A DNA stretch of 64,000 nt from the human T2T-CHM13v2.0 reference genome, Homo sapiens. The position numbers were made by a program, and so were the translations under genes. Shown one piece after another: positions 24,134 to 49,164 of this stretch. The notes under the pieces were generated by a model. It was not told the origin of the DNA, did no database searches, and saw only the letters and a list, made by a program, of their open reading frames with translations. The stretch lies in the NCBI RefSeq assembly GCF_009914755.1, contig NC_060944.1. One strand, written 5' to 3'. Positions within the stretch are counted from its first letter, which is position 1; each line of letters begins with the position of its first letter.

Positions 24134-25639
24134 TCCTGTTGTCCAAAAAGAAGACTGCCACAGGGGTAGAGGCCCCACAGAGAAACTCAACTAGAGCAAT
24201 GCTGATGGAAAATGTGGGGCTGGATCTCCCACACAGAGTCCCCATTGGGGCACTACCTAGTGGAGCAGTGGGAAGAAGACCACTGCCTTTCAGACCCCAA
24301 AACAGTAGATCCATTGGTAGCTTGCATCTGGAGCCTGGAAAGGCTTCAAGGACTCAATTCCAACCTGTAAGAGAGCTACGTGGGCTGCATCCTGCAAAGC
24401 CACAGGGGTGGGGCTGCCCAAGGCCTTGGGAGCCCACTCTTCACATCAGGATGTGGGATATGGAGTCAAGGATTATGTTGGAACTTTAGGATTTAATGCC
24501 TGCTCTGCTGGGTTTCACACTTGTGTGTGGTCTATTATTCCTTCCTTTTGGACAATGTCTCCCTCTTGGAACAGGAATGTTTACTTAATGCCTGTATCAT
24601 TATTGAAACTTGGAATTAAATAACTTGTTTTGATTTTACAGGTTCATAGGTGGAAGGAGATGAGTCTCAGATGAGACTTAGGACTTTGGATTTGATGCTG
24701 GAATGGGTTAAGACTTTGGGGGTCTGTTTGGAAGAGATGATTTTATTTTGCAATATGAGAAGGACATGAGATTTGGGGGACTGGGGGCAGAACGATATGG
24801 TTTAGTTATTTGTTCCCTCTAAATTTCATATTGAAATGTAATCCCCAGTGATGGAGGTGGGGCCTTGTGGGAGGTAATTGGATCATGGGAGTGGGTCCCT
24901 CATGGATGGTTTAGCACCATTCCCTTGGTGATATGTTAGTTCTTACTCATGCAATATCTAGTTGTTTAAAAGTGTGTGAAACCTCTCCCCTCATTCTCTC
25001 TTGCTTCTGCTCTTGCCATGTGATGTGCCTGCTCCCCCTTCACCTTCCACCATGATTGTAAGCTTCCTCAGGCCCCAGCAGAAGCAGATGCTTCCACCAT
25101 GTTTCCTGTACAACCTGCAGAATTGAGAGCTCATTAAATTTCTGTTCTTTATAAATTACCCAGTCTCGGGTGTTCCTTTATAGTAATGCAAGTGGACTAA
25201 TGCACTTACTTATTAGCTCTAATCATTTTTTCATGAATTTTTAAAAAGTATTATTTCTATATAAGATGATGTCATCTTATATGTAGAAAAGACATAGTTT
25301 TACTTCTTTATTCCCAATCTGCATGTGTCTTTCATTTCTTTTTCTTGCCTAATGGCCCTGGCTAGAGCTTCAAAGACAATGTTGGATAGAAATAGGGGGA
25401 GTAGACTTTGTCTTTTTCCTGATCTTAGGAGGAAACCATTCAATTTTGTCACCATTAAGTATGACATTAGCTGCAGGTTTTTCATTGATGTCCTTTATTA
25501 AGTTGAAGAAGGCTCCTTCTATTCCTAGTTTGTTGAGTTTGTTGTGTATTTTTACAGTAAAAGGTTGTTGTATAGTAAAAGGGTGGTGTATATTTTCTGT
25601 ATCTTTTTTAACACACTGGTCAAGTGCTCTTGTTAAAAT

Positions 25640-26218
25640 TCAAAGTAGACCATGCTACTCTTGTGTAGGGATATCCAATCTTTCTTAGATTAAAACCAAT
25701 GTCCTCATCATTGCTTACAAGGAACTAAAAGTTTGGTCTTCTTATCCCTCTGATATCGTCTCATTTTTCTCTTTTCCATGCTCTCTCCTTTCCATTTACA
25801 ATGACCTTCTCATTGTTTTTCAAACATTCTGGGAAAGTGTCTTTCTCTATGCTGCATTGTTTTTGCTTGAAACCTTCATCCCCAGAGATCCTGTTGGTGA
25901 AGTTCCTCTCCTTCCTGAAATCTTTGCCCAATTTTCACCTTCTCATTGAGGCCTTCCCTGACCCCTTTATGTAAGTTTGACCATCTTCACAACATTCTGA
26001 AACCTTCATATTCTATCCAGCTTTATTAATAATTGTTATCTTCTATGTGCTGCACAATTTATTTGTTTATTGTGCTTATTGTCTACTCTCTATTTCCTCC
26101 AGTAGAATTGAAGCTCCACCAGGGCAGGGATTTCTATCTGTTTTGCTCACTGAATGTAACCTTAATACTTAGAAGAAGGTCTGAGACATAGTAAGTGCTC
26201 ATTTTTTGGGTGAATGTT
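25640..26218 (+). mobile_element. L2 3' fragment
   Basis: aagctccaccagggcagggatttctatctgttttgctcactg...catagtaagtgctc...tgaatg. Confidence 0.75.
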
Positions 26219-26221
26219 CTA

Positions 26222-26411
26222 GGCAATAGCGTGTTGGTAAATGTTTAACAACAAGCTCTTCAGGAGAAAAAACAAACCCTGATTTGTAGCATTTGTCAAT
26301 TTTCATGGTGCAAATACTCCCACCCTTGCTGATTTCAAGCTACCAACAAGATGTTACTGAGTGAAGAGTTAGGAAGATGTGAACACAGCTGGCTTTACCA
26401 GCACAACACTG
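26222..26411. mobile_element. MER63-like hAT MITE
   Basis: Degenerate TIRs (gcgtgttggtaaa ... tttaccagcacaacactg). Confidence 0.65.
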
Positions 26412-28019
26412 GTCCTGCGCCAAGGATAACATATGGAATTTATCTCCTGTGAAAACTCTGATCAACTGGCAGAGTCTGTATAGACACATTGTTGAAAAGG
26501 ATACTGAAACTTGGCCCAGGCTCTGCAGGAAAATGTGTCCCAATAATTGGGAATGCTGCATAGACATAGGAAGGGCATTTGTCATTCCATTTTAGAAAAT
26601 TTATTTAGGAAAGAGATAATGGGGATCCTGAAATATCTTTATTTTTCCAGTTTGCTTTTTGCCCCTTTTAAAATGTTTTCTCTCTTCTTACAAGCCCCCA
26701 TGTTGTCAGCTGTACCACAGATGAGAAATTTTCCTAATGGGAGAAGCATTTATTTATACAAAAAATAGTTTTAAAATACTTTTAATTTCTAAGCCAGTGA
26801 AATACTGTGAGTATCATGGTTATTGTGGCAGTATTCGTTGTATAGGAACTCTTGTAGAGGTCAAGTGTTTGTGTCAAGCAACTGTCAAATCACCATCTCC
26901 ATTTGTTTTGTGAGTTAGAAATGCCTTCAAAAGTGGATGATTCTTTTTCTTTTTTCTTTTTCTGTTTTGATGAATGAGTGCCTGAAAAGCTAAGGAAAAC
27001 ATTTATTTGGGATCTCAGAGTACATGGAAAACCTTCAAAATAACATAATGAAGTCCTACTATTTTGGTAAATTGGCTGCCCAGGTAGAAGAGAAAGCAGG
27101 TGAGACATAAAAGAGATAGGCAGCCCTTTAGGATGGCACTGCCACAGGCATCAGCCAGCAGGTGGTAAAGGTGCTGCCCCCCAGGTCTCCAGATAGCAAA
27201 TAGCTGGTTAGGAAGCTGATTGATGAGCCTCCTGAAAAGATGAAAGAGAAGGGAAAGAGAAAGGAGGTGATGACAGTTTCTGATGTTATAATTTTTATCC
27301 CTAAAAGCAGAACAAAGACTAAATTTATAGTTCTTTTAAAAATATGCCTCTTTCTTCTTTTATTTTACTACTAGGGATTGGGTAGAATTTATTTGACTCT
27401 ATTTGAGATCAGAGAAGGCCATGCATAGAAAATGGTAGTGGATGAACCCACAGTTGCTCCAACATTTTTTTCAACAAATGCTTATTCAACAAATATTGAA
27501 TGAGCAGGTACGCTGTGTGCCATTCTTCTAGGCCCTAAAAATATGATGGTAGAAAACAGTCCAAACTGTTAAAGCACAACCTTATTGAAGGTAAAATTAT
27601 GACTCTTCAAGAAATATAAAATGAGACTGGGTCTAAGATTTTATTTAACTGATTTATTAATGAGAGAACCAATAACATACTACCACTGGTTCAAAAGAGA
27701 ATTACAAGAACTTAATGTATATAAGTAGTAAGGAATGCTGAAAAGAATTTTCAGATGGATGCAGAATTGATCTGTCTATAGGGAATAGCTAATTACATTC
27801 CACAGAACATAAATCATTTGCACTTCTATGGACAAAAATCATTTGTTTTATTATCAGTTTTCTACAACTTACAGAGTTATAAACTACCTCAAAGTCAATA
27901 AAAGGCAGGCAATTCCAGAAGCAGGCTCTGAAAGGACACCGGGAATCTGCATTTCTCCTATTTCAAAGTATGACATGATTTTCTCAAGTAACACTCAGTA
28001 AATATTTGATCAATGAATA

Positions 28020-29760
28020 AATAGTGAACCAGAAACAAAGGAAGAGCATATTTCAAGAAGAAAAGTGTGATCAACTGTGTCAAATGCTGCTAAGAGGGCA
28101 GGAACGATGAGAATTAAGAACTGATCACCGATTTGGTAACATGGAGGCTTCAGTGGAATTCGGGGAGGCAAAAGCTCAATTAGAGTGGGCTCAAGTGCCA
28201 TTGGAAACTGAGGAAGCAGAGAGAACTAGGCCGTTGTTTGGGAGTAGCTTTACCAGAAAAGGGAACAGAGAAATGAGGGTTTAGCTAGCGGAAAACATGA
28301 AGTCAAGGGAAAACATTTGATTTATTAATTTATTTTCTTTTTTAAAATTTTTTTTATTGTACTTTAAGTTCTAGGGTACATGTGCACAATGTGCAGGTTT
28401 GTTACATATGTATACATGTGCCATGTTGGTGTGCTGCACCCATTAACTCGTCATTTACATTAGGTATATCTCCTAATGCTATCCCTCCCCCCTCCCCTCA
28501 CCCCACAACAGGCCCTGGTGTGTGATGTTCCCTTTCCTGTGTCCAAGAGTTCTCATTGTTCAATTCCCACCTATGAGTGAGAACATGTGGTGTTTGGTTT
28601 TTTGTCCTTGCGATAGTTTGCTGAGAATGATGGTTTCCAGCTTCATCCATGTCCCTGCAAAGGATATGAACTCATCCTTTTTTGTGGCTGCATAGTATTC
28701 CATGGTGTATATGTGCCACATTGTCTTAATCCAGTCTATCATTGTTGAACATTTGGGTTGGTTCCAAGTCTTTGCTATTGTGAATAGTGCCACAATAAAC
28801 ATACGTGTGCATGTGTCCTTTATAGCAGCATGATTTATAATCCTTTGGGTATATATCCAGTAATGGGATGGCTGGGTCAAATGGTATTTCTAGTTCTAGA
28901 TCCCTGAGGAATCGCCACACTGTCTTCCACAATGGTTGAACTAGTTTACAGTCCCACCAACAGTGTAAAAGTGTTCCTATTTCTCCACATCCTCTCCAGC
29001 ACCTGTTGTTTCCTGACTTTTTAATGATCGCCATTCTAACTGGTGTGAGATGGTATCTCATTGTGGTTTTGATTTGCATTTCTCTGATGGCCAGTGATGA
29101 TGAGCATTTTTTCATGTGTCTGTTGGCTGCATAAATGTCTTCTTTTGAGAAGTCTCTGTTCATATCCTTTGCCCACTTGTTGACAGGGTTGTTTGTTTTT
29201 TTCTTGTAAATTTGTTTGAGTTCTTTGTAGATTCTGGATATTAGCCCTTTGTCAGATGAGTAGATTGCAAAAGTTTTCTCCCTTTCTGTAGGTTGCCGGT
29301 TCACTCTGATGGTAGTTTCTTTTGCTGTGCAGAAGCTCTTTTGTTTAATTAGATCCCATTTGTCAATTTTTGGCTTTTGTTGCCATTGCTTTTTGTGTTT
29401 TAGACATGAAGTCCTTGCCCATGCCTATGTCCTGAATGGTATTGCCTAGGTTTTCTTCTAGGGTTTTTATGGTTTTAGATCTAACATTTAAGTCTTTCAT
29501 CCATCTTGACTTAATTTTTGTATAAGGTGTAAGGAAGGGATCCAATTTCAGCTTTCTACATATGGCTAACCAGTTTTCAAGGGAAAACATTTTAACAGAT
29601 GAAAGATAATTCAGCATTTAGTATGCTAGAGATAAATTGATAAAATAGCAACAGTAGGGAGGGAATGACTGTGAGAGGGAAGGTCATGAGTAGGTGAGAG
29701 GGAAGCATGTGCAGCTTAAGTGGAGAATTGCCTGAGGTCAAAGAATGGAAAATTCATCTG
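28020..29760 (-). mobile_element. L2 RT-region fragment split by an L1PA insertion
   Basis: ORF 28010-28201 contains the RT motif remnant AAFDTVDH. The L2-like sequence resumes after 29593. Confidence 0.7.
28319..29576 (-). mobile_element. 5'-truncated L1PA (PA4/PA5-like)
   Basis: Well-preserved ORF2 C-terminus ([26 protein letters not shown]), degenerate poly-T, 16-bp TSD tcaagggaaaacattt at 28303-28318 and 29577-29592. Confidence 0.95.
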
Positions 29761-29924
29761 TTCACTGGGAGTTTTCTTCTTCTGTCTGAATTAAAAAACA
29801 ACAATAACAACAAATCTAAATCTGAAAATAATTTAAGAAGAGCCACCAGACATACCCCACAGAATTTACTAAAAGGTGGCTAAAGCAACTCTACATGGTG
29901 GCTGTCATCTCATCCCTACTTGGG

Positions 29925-30133
29925 GACTGTGCTGTGTAATATGGTAGCTACCAGCCAGATACAGCTATTTAAATAAAAATTAATTAAAATTAAATACAAC
30001 TGAAATTTTCAGTTTCTCAATCATTCTAACTATATTTGAAGTGCTCAATAGCCACATGATGTTAGTGCTATTGCACTGGACAGTACAAACGTAGCATTAT
30101 TTTCAGCATCACATGAAGTTCTGTTGGAAAGAA
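29925..30133. mobile_element. MER3/MER33-type hAT-Charlie MITE
   Basis: gtgctgtgtaatatggtagctaccagcc...gtgctcaatagccacatg...gaagttctgttgga. Confidence 0.75.
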
Positions 30134-30783
30134 CAGAAGATTAATCTCCTGTTAATAGCTTCTCTAATAATATCAGCTCTTCTCTTTCATGGCACAGATT
30201 TTCTTCCAATGTCTATTTACATTTGGATTTCATTAGCATTTTAAAATAAAAAGCGGGAAAATGGCAACTTGATGAATATGGATGAGACATTGTCTACTCA
30301 ACTTTGGAATGAGAATAATATATAATTATGCTAATTTTCTGTGGTTTAGAAGCATTGGTGGAGAATTGCTATAGTAGGCAGTCCCCCATCTATGTGTAAA
30401 GTGCTATCATTTTCCCCTATTCTGCTGCTTCAATTTTTTCCCCCCAACTGTATATTTAGGCATGCTTTAAATATGTTTCTCTGTCCTGGGCTGATTTGAG
30501 CAGAAAAGAAGCTAGAGAGATGGTAGGTGGTGAGAGAACAAGGAAATAGCAGCAAGACTACACTGGAGAGTCCTTCTTTTCCAACTGCCCCTCAAATATG
30601 GATTAGTGCAAACTTCATAGATGTATTGGTATGTGCTGATTCTCTTTCAGCTTTTAATTCCTTGAATTATCTTTTCATTACATGAGTAAACACATAAACA
30701 CATTTAAAAAAATAAATTTTAAAGTTTTTTCTTATTCCTTATATTTATTGTCATTTATCTTACACAGAAAACTAATTTGAGCA

Positions 30784-35090
<4,307 letters not shown>

Positions 35091-35912
35091 CAAATATTTA
35101 TCTATTTATTATGTTTATTGGTAATTTTCTTCTTCCTTTATAAAATATAATACCCATGAAGTCAGGAATATTTGACTATTTGTTTCTTGCCTGATACTTG
35201 GTATATACTTAATACTTATTAAATAAATGCATACATAATTTAAAATCAGAACAGCATTAAAAAAACTTTTGGAAAATAATATAAACAACCAGATCAGGAA
35301 GTAGAGGTCCAAGTATGGAGGAAGCTGAAATTCGGCATGATTTTTAAGAAATAGTAGAATGTAATAAGGGACTCCATTAAGCATTGATAGTTGTGTTCTC
35401 TACTTACAAGAGTCATGAAATAGGAAAAAATAGAGATGGTATACTACGTGGCCTCTGATGAAAGAAAAACAGTTGTAATTATATAGATGCTTATAGTTTT
35501 ACACTTTTAGAATAAAATATGCAAAAAGAATAAAAATAATTAGGGCTAATACCAGAATATTAATATTACCAATCTTGATAGTGTAAATCTATAGGTAGGG
35601 GGATTGGGAAGGTAGAAGAAGGTAAGGTGGAATGAATTAAAATGGGCCTAATATCTTCATCTTCTAATAAGAGGAACTAAGATATACTTTTGAAGGTTTA
35701 TAGAACAAGAAAATGTCTTTTAAAATGCAAATATGTTTGCCAAATTTTACTCACTTGAGTTTTACTGTATCTTACAAAATCTGTATTTTATTTACTTAAA
35801 TTTTCTTTTGTTTAAAATAATTTATCACTTAAACACGTTTTTATAATCTTCATATCAGTGAAACAAAAACCTCATTTTTTATGTAAGTAGGAGTTATTTA
35901 TAACAACAGTAA

Positions 35913-36253
<341 letters not shown>

Positions 36254-36334
36254 TAATTTTTAATTTTTGTGGGTACATAGTAGGTGTATGTATTTATGGG
36301 GTACGTGAGATGTTTTGATACAGGCAGAGAACAT

Positions 36335-36945
36335 TTATCTTATTTTATTCATTTATTTTTAAATTTATTTTTTATTTCAATAGGTTTTTTGGGGAACAGG
36401 TGTTGTTTGATTACATGAATAAGTTCTTTAGTGGTGATTTCTGAGATTTTGGTGCATGTATCACCCAAGCAGTGTACACTGTACCCAATGTGTAGTCTTT
36501 TATCTCTCACCACCCTCCCACCTTTTCTCAGAGTCCCTGAAGTCCATTTTATAATTCTTATGCCTTTGCGTCCTCATGGCATAGCTCCCAATTATCACGG
36601 AGAACATACAATATTTGGTTTTCCATTCCTGAGGTACTTTGCTTAGAATAATAATCTCAAATTTCATCCAGGTTGCTGTGAATGCCATTATTTCATTCCT
36701 TTTTATGCCTGAGTAGTGTTCAATAGTATACATCTACCACATTTTCTTTATCCACTTGTTGACTGATGGGCATTTGGACTGGTTCCATATTTTTGCAATT
36801 GCGAATTGTGCTGCTGTAAACATGCATGTGCAAACATCTTTTTCGTATAATGACTTCTTTTCCTCTGGGTAGATACCTAGTAGTAGGATTCTGGATCAAA
36901 TGATAGATCTACTTTTAGTTCTTTAAGGAATCTCTAGATTGTTTT
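36335..36945 (-). mobile_element. L1PB1-like 3' end
   Basis: tttcaataggttttttggggaacaggtg...ttacatgaataagttctttagtggtgatttctgag; ORF2 C-terminal remnant at 36500-36733. Confidence 0.8.
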
Positions 36946-43109
<6,164 letters not shown>

Positions 43110-44067
43110 ACTCTTTGTCTTTAGTTACCAGGGTGGGTAGGGAAGAACCATTAGGTCCAGGCAGAACTAGGCATGTTTGAGCTCAGACTCTCCTTGGGCA
43201 GGTCTTGATGATGATGCTGTGGGGGATAAGGGTGAGCTTCACAGGTCACTGGAGGTGTGTTCCTAGGAGGTTTATGGCTGCCTCTATTGTGTCATGCAGG
43301 TTGTTAGGGAATTGGGTGAAAGCTGACAGTCATGGGCCTCACTCATCTCCCATGCAACCCAAAGGGCCACTCTCACTCCCACCCTGCCTCCACCAATAGC
43401 ACCAAGTCTGTTTCCAGGCAGTGAGCAAGCAGGGCTGAGAACATGCCCCAGGCTACCAGCCTCTCAGCTGCAAAAGTAAGTAGGGCTTTCATTCTTCCCC
43501 TGCTTGTGGAGTCTGCCCATCAGAGTCATGCCTTCCCCTGAGTTCTGGCCAGGAGACTTCTTGATCGATTCCAGTTGTTACGAAGTTCAGCCGGAGGTTT
43601 TCTTCTCCATGTGACCTTTGCCCAGTGCCTCTGGCCACCCTCCCTAAGGACCCCTTCGAGGCAGGGCAGAAATGGTTTGTGCTGGGGGATCCAGTGAGCC
43701 CTCAGGGCTTTTCCTGTTTCTTCCTCTACCCCTGTATTTACTTGGCTCTCTAAATTGACTCAGCTCCGGGTAAGGTCAGAATCTTCTCCCATAATCTAGA
43801 CCTTCAGGTTCCCCAGTTGGGGTGGTGGATGATCTCCCTTTCCCACTTCCATTGTTTGGGCACTCACAGTATTTGGGGTGTCTCCTGGGTCCTGCAGGAG
43901 CAATCAACTTTTTTCAGAGGGCCTGTGGGTTCTCTCAGCTTTCCTAATGAATTCCTGCAGGCGTTCTGGAGCAAAAGTTCACAATATGAGTCTTGACACA
44001 CTGCTCCTCTCCGAGTGGGAGCTGCAATCTAGTCATGCCTCCTGTCCACCATGATCCTGAGTGCTCC
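43110..44067 (-). mobile_element. L1PB1-like 5' UTR
   Basis: gttaccagggtgggtagggaagaaccatt...gagctcagactctccttgggc...gcctcctgtccaccatgatcc. Confidence 0.75.
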
Positions 44068-44146
44068 TTTTTTTTTTTGTTTTTGAGAGGGGGTCTCACT
44101 GTGTTGCTCAGGCTGGAGTGCAGTGGCACAACCTCGGCTCACTGCC
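44068..44146 (-). mobile_element. Short 5'-truncated Alu fragment
   Basis: Poly-T followed by gagagggggtctcactgtgttgctcaggctggagtgcagtggc. Confidence 0.85.
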
Positions 44147-44807
44147 TTATTCTTTTAAAAGCATTTAAGATTTTCCAAGAAAGTGAAGGAAAAATCTTTA
44201 GGGCACAAAACAAAGAGGAAAATGGAAAACTAGGGTGCTAATTTTGAAGTGAAGCTTCACTGGTGTGAGGGTAACAAAGCAATTTGGATTTTAATGGCTA
44301 TGAGTAAACCAGAAATGATCAGTGGTTTTAGTCTCTTCCTGGGAGACTTGAAAGTTGGAATCTCACATAGCCAAGACTTTTGAAGAGCTATACCTTTGGA
44401 TTTTAAGAAAAAAATGTAGTCTGTCCATCAACAAGGCAATCATTACAATTTAAAACAATATAGCAGATGAGTTAAATGACATTTAAAGCTGTCAAAAAGA
44501 GAATTAGTAAAGTGGAAAAGAATATTGAGAAAATAATCCAGAATGCAGCACAGTGCTGCTAAAGCTCTTGCTATTGGAGGTCTCTGCCTAATTAGGAGCC
44601 CTGGATCCTCTGGTCCCATCTTGTTGCAGCCCCCATTGCTGTTACTAACTGAAACTAAACAGGAAGGAAATTTATCACCTCCTCCTGCCTTTCAATAACC
44701 TGCTGGTGTTTTTCACTAACAAAACTCTCTGGAATCCAGCAGGCAAGGAAGTCAATTATGATTGGAAGGATCTACAATACTTAGCAAAGCACAGAGAAAG
44801 GGGACTA

Positions 44808-44991
44808 CTCATTATGTGGAAATAGATCAGCATGAAGGTCTTCATCTTCAATATTGTCACACTGCATAGGCTGACAAGGAGGAGAAAGAGGAGGGATTGA
44901 TCTTGCTGTCTCAGGGGTGGCAGAGGCAGAAGGAAATCTACATACAAGTGGACCCACACAGTTCTAACCTGCATTATTCAAGGGTCAACTG
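44808..44991 (-). mobile_element. Tigger2a/MER28-like terminal fragment
   Basis: cttgctgtctcaggggtggcagaggcagaag...ttcaagggtcaactg followed by TA. Confidence 0.8.
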
Positions 44992-46154
44992 TACTGGGTT
45001 TTAGTTTGTACTCTTCAAATTTATTTAGGTGGACAGAAAGAAAGATAAGTGAAAAGACTAATCAGATACATGGTTTTCAAGAATTAATGCAGGCAGATGA
45101 GAGACAAGATGAAAGCCTATTATGAATAGCCAACTAATTCACACTCTCTCTGCTTCTCTCTCTCTCACTCCCATCCTGAGTGCTCATCCCATCTGCTTTG
45201 TTATTATTTCTCTTCAGACATTTCTTTTCCCTCTGACTGTCAGTGTTCATGGCTAATGGTGAAAATGGCACAGCTTTGGAATTTACATGCCCTATGATCA
45301 AATCAGCACTAGGAATTTGTGGTATCTCTGAATTCTAGTTGTAAATTTTTATGAGAGAGACTATCTCATTGATCCAGTTTGGCTCCACTGGTAGACCAGA
45401 ACCTAAACATCTATGGCTATCCAGGGTGATGGTGGTGGTTACGAATTTGCCTGCTACAAAGAGAGCATACATTTGGGTACCAAACACACACTTCAAAATC
45501 CATCTGCTGTGTTTGTGTATATTGCTTAGGTGTATGAATATGCAGTATAGATGGCCCAGATTGATTTGGACAACTCCCAATGTGTTTTCTTGCAATTTGC
45601 TGAGCTTATGCGTGATCTATGGGTTGCAGATTGATTTAAAGTTTCTCTGGTGATTTGTGGTGTCAGCATACATAGGTACGCTTGAATATTTAAGCAGTGT
45701 CAATATGGGGCAGAGAAAGGCATAATCTACATGATGTTATGGAGCTAATTTTAACTTCCTTTGTTCTACTGAAGACAAAATAGATAATTTTGTTTTTAGA
45801 AGATAAAAAAGAGATAAACATAGTTTTAAAATTTTAACTGCTTTATTGAGACGTAGTTGACATACAGTAAAACACATATATTTAATGGATAATTCGATAA
45901 ATGTTGACACATGCATACATTCATGAAACCATCATTATAATCAAGATCATGAATATATTCATTTCCAAAATTTGTGTTCATTAATCTCTAATAACAATAA
46001 AACTCACCCTAATTGTAACAAAATTTTTTATATATTTTAATTTATTTTTCTTTCCTTCTTTAGCAAATGCTATTGAACACTGAGATGAGTAAATGCTTAT
46101 TTAGTGATAATGTCACTTAATCAAGCAGTATAAATTTAGCCAGAATAAATATTT

Positions 46155-47857
46155 GAAGTTCGGGGTACATATGCAGGATGTGCAGGTTTGTTACATAGGT
46201 AAATGTGTGTCATGGGGGTTTATTGTACTGATTGTTTCTTCACCCAGGTGTTCAGCCTAGTATCCATTAGTTATTTTTCATGATCCTCTCCCTTCTCTCA
46301 CCCTTTATTTTCCTATAGGCCCTAGTATGTGTTGTTCCCTTCTATGTGTCCATGTGTTCTCATCACTCAGCTCCCACTTATAAGTAAGAACATGACTTAT
46401 CTGATTTTCTGTTCCTGCCTTCACTTGCCAAGGATAATGGCCTCCAGTTCCATCCGTGTCCCTATCAAGGGCAGGATCTCATTCTTTCTTATGACTACAT
46501 AGTATTCCATGGTATATATATACCACATTTTCTTTATCCAGTCTATCATTGATGAGCATTCCATGTCTTTGCTATTGTGAATAGCACAGCAATGCACATA
46601 TGCGTGCATGCGTCTTTATAATAGAACAATTTATAGTCCTTTGGATATATAAGTAATGGGATTTTTGGGTTGACTGGTATTTCTGTCTTTAGGTTTTTGA
46701 GGAATCACCACACTGTCTTCCACAATGGTTGAATGAATTTACACTCCCTCCAACAATATATAAGCATTCCTTTTTCTTTACAACCTCACCAGCATGTTAT
46801 TTTTTGACTTTTTATTAATAGCCATTCTGACTGGTGTGAAATGGTGTCTCACTATGGTTTTGATATGCATTTCTCTAATGACCAGTGATGCTGACCTTTT
46901 TTTATATGCTTGTTGGCTGCATGTATGTCTTCCTTTGAAAAGTGTCTGTTCATGTCCTTTGCCCACTGTTTAATGGGGTTGTTTGTTTGTTTCTCATAAA
47001 TTTAAGTTCCTTATAGATGCTGGATATTAGACCTTTGTCAGATGCATAGTTTGCAAAAATTTTCTTACATTCTGTAGGTTGTCTGTTTACTCTATTGATA
47101 GTTTCTTTTGCTGTGCAGAAGCTCTTTAGTTTAATTAGATACCATTTATCAATTTTTGCTTTGCTTTTGGTGTCTTTGTCATAAAATCTTTGCCCATGCC
47201 TATGTCCTGAATGGTATTGCCCAGACCCCATTGTCTCAGTCCAAAAGTGTCTTAAGCTGATAAGCAACTCCGGCAAAGTCTCAGGATACAAAATCAATGT
47301 GCAAAAATCTCTAGCATTCCTATACCACCAACAGTCAAGACAAGAGCCAAATCACAAATGAACTCGCATTCACAATTGCCACAGAAAGAATAAAACACCA
47401 AGGAATATAGCTAACAGGCGAAGTGAAAGATCTCTACAAGAAGAACTACAAACCACTGCTCAAAGAAATCAGAGAGGACACAAACAAATGGAAAAACATT
47501 CTATGCTCATGGATAGGAAGAATCAATATTGTTAAAGAATCAATATCATGAAAATGGCCATTATTCTCAAAGCACTTCATAGATTCTGTGCTATTTCCAT
47601 TAAACTTACTGTTGACATTCTTCACAGAACTGGAAAAATTATTTTAAAATTCATACGGAACCAAATAAGAGCCTGAATAGCCAAGACAATCCTAAGCAAA
47701 AAGAACAAAGCTGGAGGCATCATGCTACCCAACTTCAAACTATACTACAGGGCTACAGTAACCAAAACAGCATGGTAGTGGTACAAAAACAGACACATAG
47801 ACCAATGGAAGAGAATAGAGAACCCAGAGATAACACCACACACCTACAATGATCTGA
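46155..47857 (-). mobile_element. Mid-age L1PA with a 5' inversion (minus 46155-47221, plus 47222-47857)
   Basis: The strand switches at ggtattgcc/cagacccc. ORF 46950-47297 is a chimera across the junction. Confidence 0.9.
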
Positions 47858-49164
47858 TAACATGAGTAGCAATTCTAAGTAAGGGGACAGAAGGAATAAA
47901 TAAAAAGCCTGAGAAGTCTGTTAGACCTGATATAAAATAATAAATCAAGAGAATGAAAAATCAATATGGATTTACTGCACAAGCTCATCTGGAATAAAAA
48001 AGAAGCAATTAGTGAAAAGAGCCAGTACAGTTTTAAAGAGACAAAACAATGAGAATAATGTGCTCCTCCTTCTAATATAAAAATAAACTGGATAGCTATT
48101 AAGATTAGAATAGCATTTCTCTGGTTGGAACCCTGACGAACAGCTCAATAAAAAATAATGAGTCCCAAAAGACACCCTAATTTAAAAAAAATGCTCAAAA
48201 TAGGATAAAGGAAACATCACAAATCAAGAATGAAGTAGCATAGGGTGAGAAAGCAGATTGTTGTTTCACATTATATGCCCAAATAAAATCTAACCAAAAA
48301 GAATTAATGGAAACAAAACAAAAACAACAATTTTGTGATAAACTAGAACAGTATATGACTTTTAGCTGGATTTCAGTGGGAAATGGCTTCTTTAGCTTTA
48401 AAGTGATGGAAGAATTTACCACCACTCAGCCTTGCTGCGTTGCTCCGGCTATGTTGGTCCACTCCGGGCACAACTAACTGATCACAAGGTGTCAGGGACT
48501 TTATTTCATCTTAATAAATTGTCTCCTGGCAAGTCTGAATGAACAGATTAGGACCTGATGTCTTAAAACAATGTTTATCATACTGTGATCAGTAAACCAG
48601 CTACATCTGAATGTCCTGAGGTAAACTGTTACATAAATAAATAAAAAGACAGAAATGTTTTAAAAAGATAAATTTTTAAGGAATTCTAGATTCTGTCTTA
48701 GGTATGTTGAATCATTATCTCTTGGACATACAAAATCAAAATAAGCTCAGGACACTACGCATTTTAACCACATTCTTAACACAATAGCAAGTTTTGAGAA
48801 TTACTGGCTTGACAGAAGCACTGTTCAGTGGACCAGAAGGAGAGGCTTTAACAGAGATACTAGAACATAGTGGTGGTATCTCTATTGTGCCCTCCTAGGG
48901 ATGCCCGGAGAAAGGTCCTGGTTTCTCATCAGGACAAGTCAGATTCTCTCTGAGTATGATAAACCTGCCCAGTCCCTGTCTCCCCTGCCTTTCTTTCTGG
49001 GTTTACAACCTGCAATTGGCATGGTTTGCTGAAAACCAATGGTTAGAGCGTAAAATAGAAATCTCTGTATATATTTTCTAGAAACAGCCTCCATCATTTG
49101 GATAAAAAGTGGTAATCGGCCATTTGTTACCACTGACTTTTGTGAGAAAATTACTGTTGAGTAC

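Larger units (their letters stand above)
22115..25204 (+). mobile_element. Complete MSTB-like MaLR element (LTR 22115-22534, internal region, LTR 24793-25204)
   Basis: Two similar LTRs, MaLR internal ORF remnant (MEGSEEDRKMRESLEL), purine tract before the 3' LTR, TSD ctcac/cttac. Confidence 0.93.

Noticed and set aside
23727-24314. Long K/E/R-rich and F/L/S-rich ORFs (155, 176 and 127 aa)
   Set aside because: They are translations of the stop-free polypurine repeat plus Alu and MaLR sequence.
27570-28000. Probable old repeat (ERV-internal or DNA-transposon-like)
   Set aside because: I could not assign a family or boundaries with confidence.
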